From positions 1-36,376 of the IMG/VR virus record IMGVR_UViG_3300044454_000033: a stretch of 36,376 nucleotides of DNA. One strand, given 5' to 3'. Below, piece by piece: positions 25,340 through 33,303 of this stretch. Below the pieces are notes generated by a model. The model made no database searches. It was not told where the DNA came from and was given only the letters and a program-made list of their open reading frames with translations. A program made the translations under genes and the position numbers. Each line of letters begins with the position of its first letter. Positions within the stretch are counted from its first letter, which is position 1. This DNA comes from a virus (taxonomy: Duplodnaviria > Caudoviricetes).

Positions 25340-27495
25340 TTGCTACCTCCTTTGGCAGCGACGGGCGGCTTCGGCGGATGCTTCAACTCGTGGATCGCGG
25401 TAACACCTTCCGGCACTCCTGCGCCCTGACGCGCCGCCGCAACCTCGTCGGGTGCGACGCCCTTCTCCAAGCCAAGCAGAATGGCGTTGTACACAGTGGC
25501 CTCGCTCGCCGCAGCGTTCTTGTCGGCTTGCGTGAGGTTCTTCACCGCTTCGGCCAGCGTCTTGCGAATCTCGGCGCGGACCATTTCTTCGTTCAACTTC
25601 TGCTGCTGCGCCTGCTGCTGCGCCTGCCCGTCCTCACGCCGCTTCGCTTCCGCATCGTCCACCACGACGTTCGGGTTCATGTCGCGGACGTTGACGCGCT
25701 CCTGCAGCAGCTTGCGCCAGTCCACATACAGCGACTCGCCCGGCGTCACCGAACGCGCCAGATCGTCCGCTGCCATGCCGCGCACTTCCTTCGCAATCAG
25801 CGAGGTTGAGCCGCGCGACACCACCTGAAAGTCGCCTTGGATCGACTTCTTCTGGTTGAAGTGTTTGTTGAACGTGACCAGTGAGCCGATCACTGATTCG
25901 GTGAAGATGTCGAAGTTGCGCACGACATCCTTGAACGGCAACGCTGCCTTGCCCTCGATCATCGACGCACCCGCTGCCGTGCGGAATGGCTCGCTAGGCC
26001 CCTGCTGCATGTCGCCGCCAGTGGCCGGGTTCACGAACGTCTCGCTGTCGGCGAACTTGCAGAACAGCTCGTTCACCTTCAGCAGCTCGTCCACGTGGCT
26101 GTCGAGCGCGACCGGACGCACTGCCGGAATGTTCTGCGTCTGCGGCGACTCATCATCGCGGTACCAGAACTTGTACGCGTGCACGCTCTCCAAGTCCTGA
26201 TCCGGTCGCAACAAGTACGTGTTGATTTCGAGGTTGGTCCCACAGACCACCCCGGAGTTGTCGAGAATCATGCGCGCTGACGCCGCTACGCCAAGCTGGG
26301 AGTCGCGCATGATGTACGGGAGTCCGTTCCCCATCAGCCCGGCCTCATCTTCCTCGAAGATGAAGTGGTGGTACGAACTAATGACATCTTCCTCACCGAC
26401 GATGGCCCACGGGTTGAGCGTCGCGCGGATCACAGTGTTGTCGATGCACCAGACAATCGCCTGCACCATGTCCGACAGCTTCTCGTCGGGTATATCGACG
26501 CCACAACCCTTGAGGTAGTGTCCCGACAGCGCGCCGTCCCACACGATGATCTCGTACTTGCGGTCGTTGTTCGCGGGCGTGTTGAGGTGCACACCTAGCG
26601 CCTTGATGTCCGACTCGAACAGCTTCTGCGTATAGTTGCCGCCCGTGTGATCGTGCAGGTAGCCCTTGATCGCCGCGCCCATGAACTCGCTGTTGTCGGC
26701 GAGCTTGCGCACCTGCTGCCGCGACATCACGATGCGCTGGAACTGCCCGTCCATCTGGTGCAGATACTTCGCACTCATGTCGGGGTAGTAATCCCACAGC
26801 GGACAGAACTCGAACTGCGGAATCAGAATCGCTTCCGTGACCGCCGCAACCTGATTGGTATCGGGGTTGAGCTGCCAACGCCGTTGCTTTCTTGCCCTCG
26901 CCATTGGCCCCTTCAACACGCCCATGCCGTACATCACGCCTGACATCAGCACCTTCTTGCACAGCGCGATGTAGTCAACCGTCTTGGCTCCACCGATCTC
27001 GGTAAGCTGGTCCTCGATCTCGGTTTCGAGGTTCTTTGCGCGCTCGCGGGCGAACTCCAACACCGCGTTGGTGATCGCCGCGTCATCGACATCCGGGTTC
27101 GGGTTGTTCGGATCACCCTGCAGCTTCTGCAGCACAGTGTTGAGATCGGCTTCCGACAGGTTCGGAACCGGCGACGCCTCGATGCCCCAGTTCTTCTCGG
27201 TCGAAGGGAACAGCAGGTTCATCAGCCGCGCCACCATCGACACACACTTGATGCGCGTGAGTTTCGGGTACGCCTTTGACCGATCCTTTGGAATCTTACT
27301 CTCGACTTCTGAGTCGTACTTGCCGAGGAACTGCCGCAGGTTTTGCGCCCAGCGCAGTTCGGCCTGTCGGCGGTCGCTCTCGTAGGTCTTGAAGTCGGAC
27401 GATAGCTTCACCCCCAACGACCGTATCGTCTCGGGATTCAGCGGGGGACGCTCGGGAACGACGGTATCGGGGGTCACTGCGGGATCGATGGGCAT
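25336..27495 (-). CDS. Portal protein (719 aa)
   Basis: Follows terL; W..NLRQFLG.Y, SKAYPKLTR.K, YGMGVLKGP, WDYYPD, G.GLP.IMRDSQ, RTA.GASM motifs; Gln-rich C-terminal barrel; CGGAG RBS. Confidence 0.92.
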   Translation of the reverse strand: MPIDPAVTPDTVVPERPPLNPETIRSLGVKLSSDFKTYESDRRQAELRWAQNLRQFLGKYDSEVESKIPKDRSKAYPKLTRIKCVSMVARLMNLLFPSTEKNWGIEASPVPNLSEADLNTVLQKLQGDPNNPNPDVDDAAITNAVLEFARERAKNLETEIEDQLTEIGGAKTVDYIALCKKVLMSGVMYGMGVLKGPMARARKQRRWQLNPDTNQVAAVTEAILIPQFEFCPLWDYYPDMSAKYLHQMDGQFQRIVMSRQQVRKLADNSEFMGAAIKGYLHDHTGGNYTQKLFESDIKALGVHLNTPANNDRKYEIIVWDGALSGHYLKGCGVDIPDEKLSDMVQAIVWCIDNTVIRATLNPWAIVGEEDVISSYHHFIFEEDEAGLMGNGLPYIMRDSQLGVAASARMILDNSGVVCGTNLEINTYLLRPDQDLESVHAYKFWYRDDESPQTQNIPAVRPVALDSHVDELLKVNELFCKFADSETFVNPATGGDMQQGPSEPFRTAAGASMIEGKAALPFKDVVRNFDIFTESVIGSLVTFNKHFNQKKSIQGDFQVVSRGSTSLIAKEVRGMAADDLARSVTPGESLYVDWRKLLQERVNVRDMNPNVVVDDAEAKRREDGQAQQQAQQQKLNEEMVRAEIRKTLAEAVKNLTQADKNAAASEATVYNAILLGLEKGVAPDEVAAARQGAGVPEGVTAIHELKHPPKPPVAAKGGSK

Positions 27496-27509
27496 GTAAA
27501 TCTCCGAGG

Positions 27510-28946
27510 TTAACGCATTACGTATATGTTTCCGGTACGTGACGGCGTGAATCCGCGCTCTTTGCGGTGCGCCTCACGTGCCCCACCCTTCTGGAAGTAC
27601 CGGCACAAGTAGGAAAATGCGTCACCCGCGTGCGAGTGCGAATTTTTCTCCGGTACCTCGTGCGTTTTCCCCTTACGATCTACTTCGTAACGCCAACCAC
27701 CTTGTAATGCGCGAATCGTGTGCTTGCAATGCGGCGCGATCTGCAACGCCGCGCCCGCTTGCGTCAATCGCGTAGTGAAATGTTCGATGGCCTCAAGCCG
27801 ACCGGGTAACTGGTTGTTCAAATCAGGAAATCTGACCGTAAAACCGCCCTTTTTCTTGTCTCTGAGGGTGTCTACGATGCTCTTTTCGTTGTTGGAATTA
27901 CGGGCATCAGCCGCCGGATCGGGGGCAATAATCAGCTCAAAATCGGCGTATTTCGCCCTAATCAGGGGCTTTATCCGGTCGGAAATGATGCGTTCCGCGC
28001 CCATATTCGCCTGAATCAGCTCATCCACAACGGTTAAGCGCCCATTTAGGTCCATTTGCCCGAAAATCAGGGCACTGCCAGTCAAACCGGGATCGAACCC
28101 CGCCACCAACGGCAACAGCCGCGAGGCGAGCGCCGGAACTCTCATCACATGAAGCTGCGGATTGAAGGTTACCACGACAGGTGTACCCGCAAGCGAGAAT
28201 CCCCACTCCGTCTCGATATATTGCTTGACCCAGTGCTCGGATTTGCCGATGGCGAGCGACGTGTAGTAGTCCCTGCCGCCGGGAAGGTTCTCGGTGTTCT
28301 CCGCTTCGGGGCTGAAACCGCTGGGTTGCTCCCACAGCATGACGTTCGACGCGCACGGCGTGTCGTTCTTGCCGAGGTAGGTGTACCACTCATCGTCCTC
28401 GTTACCCGGATTGGATGACCCCCACATGCCCCAGTTCGTCGCGCCACCGTCGTTGGTCGGCGGGTAGCGCCCGCACCGCGCCGCCAGCGCCTCGCGTATC
28501 TTCGGCTCGATCTGTACGAACTCATCGAGCACCGCGAACGTGATTTCGAGCGAGAGCACGCGCGCCACGTCGTCGGACGTGTCCAGCGCGCGGAACAGCA
28601 CCTCACACTCCACGTCGCCGTAGCGCAGCACGAACGTCATGGGCTTCGGCGAAGTCGCGTACCATGTGCCTGCCACGCCGTCCTTGAACCAGTAATCCCA
28701 CGAGGATAACGTCGTATCCCGCAGCTCGGGCATGGTGTTCCGCACGATCACCGCCCGGCTGCGCCTGATCCCATCTATCGGCGACTTCGCCTGCTGCGCC
28801 GCCATGTAGATTAGCTTGAAGAAAATGCCCGTGGTCTTGCCTGACCCCACCGGGCCAACAATCCAGTCGTGGAACAGACGCCCCGGCGTGAAGTGCCGGA
28901 TGAACTTCTTGATCGTCGGCGGGGGCGTGTACTGGATACTAGCCAT
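27510..28946 (-). CDS. terL: Terminase large subunit (478 aa, MASIQYTPPP...)
   Basis: Walker A GPVGSGKTT, IVRNT..ELRDTT, Walker B FAVLDE, SSNP coupling motif, RuvC-like GFDPG and SHAGDAFSY. Confidence 0.95.
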   Translation of the reverse strand: MASIQYTPPPTIKKFIRHFTPGRLFHDWIVGPVGSGKTTGIFFKLIYMAAQQAKSPIDGIRRSRAVIVRNTMPELRDTTLSSWDYWFKDGVAGTWYATSPKPMTFVLRYGDVECEVLFRALDTSDDVARVLSLEITFAVLDEFVQIEPKIREALAARCGRYPPTNDGGATNWGMWGSSNPGNEDDEWYTYLGKNDTPCASNVMLWEQPSGFSPEAENTENLPGGRDYYTSLAIGKSEHWVKQYIETEWGFSLAGTPVVVTFNPQLHVMRVPALASRLLPLVAGFDPGLTGSALIFGQMDLNGRLTVVDELIQANMGAERIISDRIKPLIRAKYADFELIIAPDPAADARNSNNEKSIVDTLRDKKKGGFTVRFPDLNNQLPGRLEAIEHFTTRLTQAGAALQIAPHCKHTIRALQGGWRYEVDRKGKTHEVPEKNSHSHAGDAFSYLCRYFQKGGAREAHRKERGFTPSRTGNIYVMR

Positions 28947-29226
28947 TGATCGAGCGCCGGGCGACCAGTGCGTTGTTGATCTCCATCGACAGCGGCGTAC
29001 CGCGCACAACGTACTGCTGCGTACGCTTCAGCAGCGCGCACAGCTCTTCGTCGTTGTCCCCGTGCCGCCAGCCGTTACGCATCGCCCACACGTCCATCTG
29101 CCCGTCCTTGTAGACGTACTCGGGCGGGACCGCGCGCCCCACCCAAGCCAGTATCGCCGTCATGAGCGCGTCACTCTTCGTCCTATCGAACGGGTTGATG
29201 ATGTCGAACAGCTCGCGCGAGTCCAT
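28939..29226 (-). CDS. Hypothetical protein (95 aa, MDSRELFDII...)
   Basis: TGATG coupling to the acb2 stop; its end overlaps the terL start by 8 nt. Confidence 0.7.
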   Translation of the reverse strand: MDSRELFDIINPFDRTKSDALMTAILAWVGRAVPPEYVYKDGQMDVWAMRNGWRHGDNDEELCALLKRTQQYVVRGTPLSMEINNALVARRSING

Positions 29227-29501
29227 CAGAAGCTCGTCGGCTGCGCCACGGCGCGCACCAGCGCCATGAAGCCCTTCTGCAGATCGGTGCGCGCGATGGC
29301 AACCCACCGCGTGTCGAGTTTGCCGTTCATGGCCATGCCCTCGACCAGCCGTCCCACCTCGTTGCTGATGGCCTTAATCTCATTGATGAGGTGCAGCTCG
29401 CCTTCGGTCAGTGCGCGATAGCCGGTGATCGGCGTCGGCTTCGACGTTGCGGCAGTGCCGTCATTGTTCAGGTCAAGCTCCAACTGCTCCGGGTTGCTCA
29501 T
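29226..29501 (-). CDS. acb2: Anti-CBASS protein Acb2 family cyclic-oligonucleotide sponge (91 aa)
   Basis: ITGYRALTEGEL.LINEIK and RWVAIARTDLQKGFMALVRAVAQPTSF match the Acb2 signature (IKGYRDL..EI..MN.VK ... RWLAIGKTDIQ.GMMA..RAIAQP.SF); AAGGAGAG RBS. Confidence 0.9.
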   Translation of the reverse strand: MSNPEQLELDLNNDGTAATSKPTPITGYRALTEGELHLINEIKAISNEVGRLVEGMAMNGKLDTRWVAIARTDLQKGFMALVRAVAQPTSF

Positions 29502-29516
29502 GTCACTCTCCTTGGT

Positions 29517-29768
29517 TTACTTACAGTCGATGGTAAGCGAAAGTTCTCGCTTCGTGAGCGCCGGGTGCTGACAACACCCGGCGGCAATAGAGAACATGTG
29601 CTGGTCAGCCGTCATGCCGGGGCAGCGCACGACCAGCGTGCCATCCGCCTTCTTCGACACCGAATACCCCTTGCAGGTGGTGATCGTGATCGGAAACGGC
29701 AGCGCAGCATGTGCTACACCTACAAGCGCGAGACCTACGAGCAGTACTGCTGTACTCCAATGAATCAT
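29517..29768 (-). CDS. Small secreted Cys-containing protein (83 aa) with a Sec signal peptide
   Basis: MIHWSTAVLLVGLALVGVAHA|A signal with an AxA site; five Cys in the mature part; AGGGTGA RBS before ATG 29768. Confidence 0.7.
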   Translation of the reverse strand: MIHWSTAVLLVGLALVGVAHAALPFPITITTCKGYSVSKKADGTLVVRCPGMTADQHMFSIAAGCCQHPALTKRELSLTIDCK

Positions 29769-29773
29769 GACAA

Positions 29774-30193
29774 TCACCCTAAGTTGATGTTGATCTGGAA
29801 TGCATTGCCCGATGTGCCGGGGGCGTCGCTCTTCGGCTCGTACCCAGCCCACCTGATCGTGCTCTTAATCAGGTCGGCCTTGACGTTGCTGGGCGTGTGA
29901 TCGGAGTGGATCAGCGCCCAGCTCTTTTCCAGCAGTTGCTCGGCCTGCAGCTTCGCCTTCGTCTTGAACGCCATGCCGTCCTTCTGCAGCATCTCCTTGG
30001 CGCTGGCGTACGCCTGAACGAACAAGGGGTCCTCGATGAGCTGCAGAAACTCTTCCCTGCTGATGTCGTAGGCAGCACAGATTTCGGGCACTGGGGCTAC
30101 GTGCATGGCCAGCTCGACCGGCAGCATCGGCGGGAAGCCCAGCAGGGCCGGGTTGTCGGGGTTGAGGCAGGTGGTGGCGAGCTGGCTACTCAT
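29774..30193 (-). CDS. terS: Probable terminase small subunit (139 aa)
   Basis: N-terminal HTH-like EICAAYDISREEF, central helices, C-terminal FQININLG strand; upstream of terL; GAGGGAG RBS. Confidence 0.75.
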   Translation of the reverse strand: MSSQLATTCLNPDNPALLGFPPMLPVELAMHVAPVPEICAAYDISREEFLQLIEDPLFVQAYASAKEMLQKDGMAFKTKAKLQAEQLLEKSWALIHSDHTPSNVKADLIKSTIRWAGYEPKSDAPGTSGNAFQININLG

Positions 30194-30410
30194 ATGGGTT
30201 CACTCCCTCGTTCTTGTCGTGCATGGCACGCAAGTACCTCTGCCGCATTTCCTTAACCTTCTCGGGATTGTCCTTGGCCCACTCGCGCTGGCGCGCGGCG
30301 GCGCATACCCGGCAATAGTAGTGCAAGCCATCAATGGACTGGCGATTGCGTCCGAACTCCATCACCGGCTTGGTGACTTTGCAGGACGGACAGGTCTTGA
30401 CTCGGGCCAT
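30186..30410 (-). CDS. Stand-alone Zn-finger protein (74 aa, CxxC...CxxC) resembling the N-terminal DNA-binding module of phage HNH/EndoVII proteins
   Basis: KTCPSCKVTKPVMEF.RN....DGLHYYCRVC followed by a basic helix; no nuclease domain; first gene of the late arm. Confidence 0.75.
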   Translation of the reverse strand: MARVKTCPSCKVTKPVMEFGRNRQSIDGLHYYCRVCAAARQREWAKDNPEKVKEMRQRYLRAMHDKNEGVNPYE

Positions 30411-30418
30411 GAGCGCGG

Positions 30419-30446
30419 AGGATACACGATTCTGTACTGGATGCAA
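30419..30446 (-). promoter_or_regulatory. Possible late-arm promoter TTGCAT-N16-TATCCT
   Basis: Partial sigma70 match whose -10 box lies 8 nt from ATG 30410, the same near-leaderless geometry as the scaffold promoter. Confidence 0.4.
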
Positions 30447-30479
30447 GCCGTGTTAGTCGAGGCGGTTTATTTCGGTATT

Positions 30480-30492
30480 AACCTATGAGGTT
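30480..30492. promoter_or_regulatory. Operator-like palindrome AACCT-ATG-AGGTT in the divergent control region
   Basis: Perfect AACCT-N3-AGGTT in an AT-rich patch upstream of the late arm. Confidence 0.65.
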
Positions 30493-30600
30493 TACTCTTA
30501 AATTTCTGGAAATTCTACGTGGGGGATGGCGGTGCTGACTCGGCCCGCCCGCGTTGAAACCCCCTGCGGGGGGTCTCCGGGGAAAAGGAATGCTTCCTAC

Positions 30601-30618
30601 GTGTATGCATGCATACAC
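30601..30618. repeat. 18-bp palindrome GTGTATGCATGCATACAC, copy 1
   Basis: Exact; 19 bp upstream of the -35 box at 30638. Confidence 0.95.
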
Positions 30619-30637
30619 TCGCGCTTAGCCCGTTAGG

Positions 30638-30665
30638 TTGACATTGCGCAGGAAATGCGGAGAAT
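30638..30665 (+). promoter_or_regulatory. sigma70-type early promoter TTGACA-N16-GAGAAT
   Basis: Perfect -35 and 4/6 -10; upstream of the first plus-strand gene; degenerate operator AGCCC-GTT-AGGTT (30627-30639) overlaps the -35. Confidence 0.55.
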
Positions 30666-30672
30666 GCGAAGT

Positions 30673-30742
30673 GTCGGGGCAGCGTACATCCGCAGATGAT
30701 GCACATGGGGACATGTGCACGTGTGGGATGCACTGCGCCGAC
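30673..30742 (+). other. Long imperfect leader hairpin (possible RNase III processing or stabilising structure)
   Basis: GTCGG/CCGAC, GCAG/CTGC and CATCC/GGATG outer pairing enclosing TGCACATG-GGGA-CATGTGCA (30700-30719); ends just before the RBS. Confidence 0.55.
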
Positions 30743-30759
30743 TAATCAGGAGATATACC

Positions 30760-31413
30760 ATGGCGAAAAACGCCAGCAAGACCAGCAAGACCATTCCCGT
30801 CGATCTGTCGCATGCCAAGACGCCTACGCCTGCGGACGTTGCACTGGCGACCTTGCTCCCAATCTTCGCGGGATTGCAAGACCGCACGAGCGAGAATGTT
30901 ACGCTCGGCACGTCGCGGTCTGCCGCTATCGTCGCGGTCATTAAGACGCTGCACGAGACCAGCACTGATTACAGTGCGGATTGCGTCAAGGTCTTGGGTG
31001 ATGGTAACAAGGGGACCAAGAAAGACGAGGGAACCAAGGGGACCTTGGCCGATGCGTTGACCGCGAAGTACGGCAACGCGCTCCACGTCGCAGTGCGTAA
31101 CGAATTGGCGTACGCGCGGATTGTCGCTGCGAATTGGAACATCGTCGCAGTGCGCGAAGCCGCAGAAAAGAGCGGATTGCGCAAGGCGCGCGACGTGGCG
31201 AAGCCTAAAGCCGCGCCGGAAGCTGCGCCTGCTGCGCCTGCTGCGCCTGTAACGTATTCACAGGCGCAGATGGTTGAAATGGTCGCCAATCATTTTGACG
31301 ACGCAATCTTTGCGGTCAGGGCTTACCTGCTGCGTTGCGCGGACAGCATCGGGGTCGCCAAACTGGGCGAGATCGAGGTCCATCTGGCCAACAAGACGCG
31401 CAAGCAAGCGTAG
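30760..31413 (+). CDS. First early gene, Ala/Lys-rich hypothetical protein (217 aa, MAKNASKTSK...)
   Basis: Strong RBS CAGGAG before ATG 30760; good codon usage; flanked by the leader hairpin and a 3' hairpin. Confidence 0.85.
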   Translation: MAKNASKTSKTIPVDLSHAKTPTPADVALATLLPIFAGLQDRTSENVTLGTSRSAAIVAVIKTLHETSTDYSADCVKVLGDGNKGTKKDEGTKGTLADALTAKYGNALHVAVRNELAYARIVAANWNIVAVREAAEKSGLRKARDVAKPKAAPEAAPAAPAAPVTYSQAQMVEMVANHFDDAIFAVRAYLLRCADSIGVAKLGEIEVHLANKTRKQA

Positions 31414-31426
31414 CGCGTAACCGGAG

Positions 31427-31448
31427 CGCGACCCCGAAAGGGGTCGCG
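31427..31448 (+). other. GNRA-capped stem-loop CGCGACCCC-GAAA-GGGGTCGCG after the first early gene
   Basis: Perfect 9-bp stem; only two T after it, so more likely a stabiliser than a strong terminator. Confidence 0.65.
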
Positions 31449-31455
31449 TTGCAAT

Positions 31456-31659
31456 ATGTCGCACATGCGCAAGATGTGGGAACGTGAGCACGATATAGCA
31501 GCACGCGAGCGTGAGCGTAAACGCTTCGCCAGCGGGTTGCATCGGCAGGGAATGGTAACGCGCAGGAAGTACGATGAAATGCGCGCGGAGATCGAGACAC
31601 AGGCAGCAGATGCCCGTTCCGATATGTTCGCTGCCTTTTTGGGAGACAGTGATGCGTAA
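31456..31659 (+). CDS. Hypothetical protein (67 aa)
   Basis: Fills the operon and overlaps the next start by 8 nt; RBS poor or occluded by the hairpin. Confidence 0.55.
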   Translation: MSHMRKMWEREHDIAARERERKRFASGLHRQGMVTRRKYDEMRAEIETQAADARSDMFAAFLGDSDA

Positions 31660-31855
31660 GCGTAAACGTAGATGGACGCTGGCGGAAGTACAGCGATTGC
31701 ACGATGATGCATCGCACGACCTGTATGAAGCAGCAGACAATTTTCTGTCGGGGATCATTACCGCCGGAGAATTTCAGGCACATGTGCGCAGGATCGTCGT
31801 GCCACGCAATAGGCGCGGGCTGATCGATAGCCGCACGGGACTGCGCTACCTGTAA
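31652..31855 (+). CDS. Hypothetical protein (67 aa, MRKRKRRWTL...)
   Basis: GGGAG RBS before ATG 31652; ends just before the terminator. Confidence 0.65.
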   Translation: MRKRKRRWTLAEVQRLHDDASHDLYEAADNFLSGIITAGEFQAHVRRIVVPRNRRGLIDSRTGLRYL

Positions 31856-31867
31856 CAACGCAGCATT

Positions 31868-31899
31868 GGCCGGATGCCTTCGGGCATCCGGCCTTTTTT
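31868..31899 (+). terminator. Rho-independent terminator GGCCGGATGCC-TTCG-GGCATCCGGCC-T6
   Basis: Perfect 11-bp stem, UUCG loop, U6 tract, 12 nt after the stop codon. Confidence 0.93.
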
Positions 31900-31915
31900 G
31901 TTGCCCTGAATTCCT

Positions 31916-31933
31916 GTGTATGCATGCATACAC
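31916..31933. repeat. 18-bp palindrome copy 2, followed by GGTACTGTAGT (31938-31948)
   Basis: Exact; shares the 3' flank TCGCG with copy 1. Confidence 0.95.
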
Positions 31934-32060
31934 TCGCGGTACTGTAGTAATCCTGTCTTTGCCGCGCCGCGCGCCCGGCCCACCCCACACTTGATGCGTG
32001 CCACTCCTAGTAAGTAACGCATTGGGTGTACGCGGGACTGTAGTAGCTCTGGCCTGCGCC

Positions 32061-32078
32061 GTGTATGCATGCATACAC
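32061..32078. repeat. 18-bp palindrome copy 3, preceded by GGGACTGTAGT (32034-32044)
   Basis: Exact match. Confidence 0.95.
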
Positions 32079-32420
32079 ACCACAAATCCAACAGTGTGCT
32101 TTCTTTGCTCACACGGCAGTTTTTGCTGCGCCTTAGTGAATCGCGCGATGTGCATCACTGGTTTGGGCACTAACTACCTGTTTCTATACTACTTATACTT
32201 ACTTAATCAAATAAAGCACTATCTACCAATCATAACCATCATAGGTAGGTCATAGCGCGCGAGGCAGGGACTGTAGTCGTTCAGCCCTACCCACCCCACC
32301 CCCCAACACCCACCTAAACCTAGCGGGTTGGCTTATTGGTACGCACCGCCTAGTCTATGGGGGTATGTGTACCTGACCCTATGCTATTGTGCATGCTGTG
32401 TAAAGTCACACCAAGAACGC

Positions 32421-32448
32421 TTGACATACAAGCCCCTACGCGTAAACT
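32421..32448 (+). promoter_or_regulatory. sigma70-type promoter TTGACA-N16-TAAACT
   Basis: Perfect -35 and 4/6 -10, about 40 nt upstream of ATG 32488. Confidence 0.6.
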
Positions 32449-32487
32449 TTGCTAATGCGCAGTTCCGACGAAATGGGGGGGAAAACC

Positions 32488-33303
32488 ATGAGCAACGCCT
32501 ATGATCCTATTCTTTACGCGTACATGCGGGCCTGTGGTGCGCCATCCACCTACTACCGAAACTACCTCACCGAGCTGACCCCGGCCAATCGGCGCAAGTA
32601 CCGCAAGCCCCCAAAACCACTGCCGAACCTACACCACCCCACGCAGCTTGATTGGGTTACCCCTGACATCACCACCATTGCCGCGACCTACCTTAGAGCT
32701 GACATGACCGTGCCCACATGCCAGCGCAACGTCGAAACGGCTAAGACTGCCTTGCTCGATGCCCACACCCCGCTCAAGCAGGCGGGCGCGCGGCGCACAC
32801 TGGTACACGCACAGGCGAAGTTGTTGGCCGCGCTCATGCGTGCATGGCAGGACACCGAGGATGGACTTCTCTATGCGGACAATTACAGGAACTTGCTCGC
32901 CCGAGCAATCCCCAGTGAATTATCTGCTGCGCAAGATGACAAGATACGTACGCAACAGGAGATTTATGTGCGTCGGCAGCGGAGAAAGTACGCACAGAGA
33001 AAGCTCGCGTTGCTCACCGTGGAGTGGGAGGACCTGAAGGAACGCTACCGGGCTGTGCGGCAGGCGTACCTCGTGGCTCGTGCGAAGTGGCGGTACATGC
33101 AGGTGAAGCTCGTCAAGGCCCGCGCTGCGCAGCGAGCACGTGCGGATGACTACGCGGCGTGCGCGCCAGCCGACGTGATCTACGAGTGGAAGCACGCGCG
33201 AGGTGTGTTTCGAGACGCGCTCAAAGACCGAGACACCGTGCGCCGCGAGTGGAAGGCGTGCAAGGTTAAACTTTACAGGTTGAACAAGGTCGGCTCATCT
33301 TGA
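32488..33303 (+). CDS. Basic, Tyr/Arg-rich helical hypothetical protein (271 aa, MSNAYDPILY...)
   Basis: Long ORF behind its own promoter; G7 run as RBS; coiled-coil-like C-half. Confidence 0.75.
   Translation: MSNAYDPILYAYMRACGAPSTYYRNYLTELTPANRRKYRKPPKPLPNLHHPTQLDWVTPDITTIAATYLRADMTVPTCQRNVETAKTALLDAHTPLKQAGARRTLVHAQAKLLAALMRAWQDTEDGLLYADNYRNLLARAIPSELSAAQDDKIRTQQEIYVRRQRRKYAQRKLALLTVEWEDLKERYRAVRQAYLVARAKWRYMQVKLVKARAAQRARADDYAACAPADVIYEWKHARGVFRDALKDRDTVRREWKACKVKLYRLNKVGSS

Noticed and set aside
4-30488. Numerous plus-strand ORFs opposite the late genes (e.g. 23110-24096, 15011-15823, 19306-19983)
   Set aside because: Antisense shadows of GC3-biased genes; no RBS and no recognisable protein features.
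30601-30618. Palindrome as a LexA/SOS box, parS site or protelomerase site
   Set aside because: It is GTGT-N10-ACAC, not CTGT-N8-ACAG; it does not match the parS consensus; telomere-resolution sites are longer and single-copy.
30748-30763. AGGAGATATACCATGG is identical to the pET/T7-derived RBS-NcoI junction, suggesting vector contamination
   Set aside because: Identity is limited to 16 nt; no T7 promoter, lac operator or TTTAACTTTAAG enhancer; flanks are continuous phage-like sequence.
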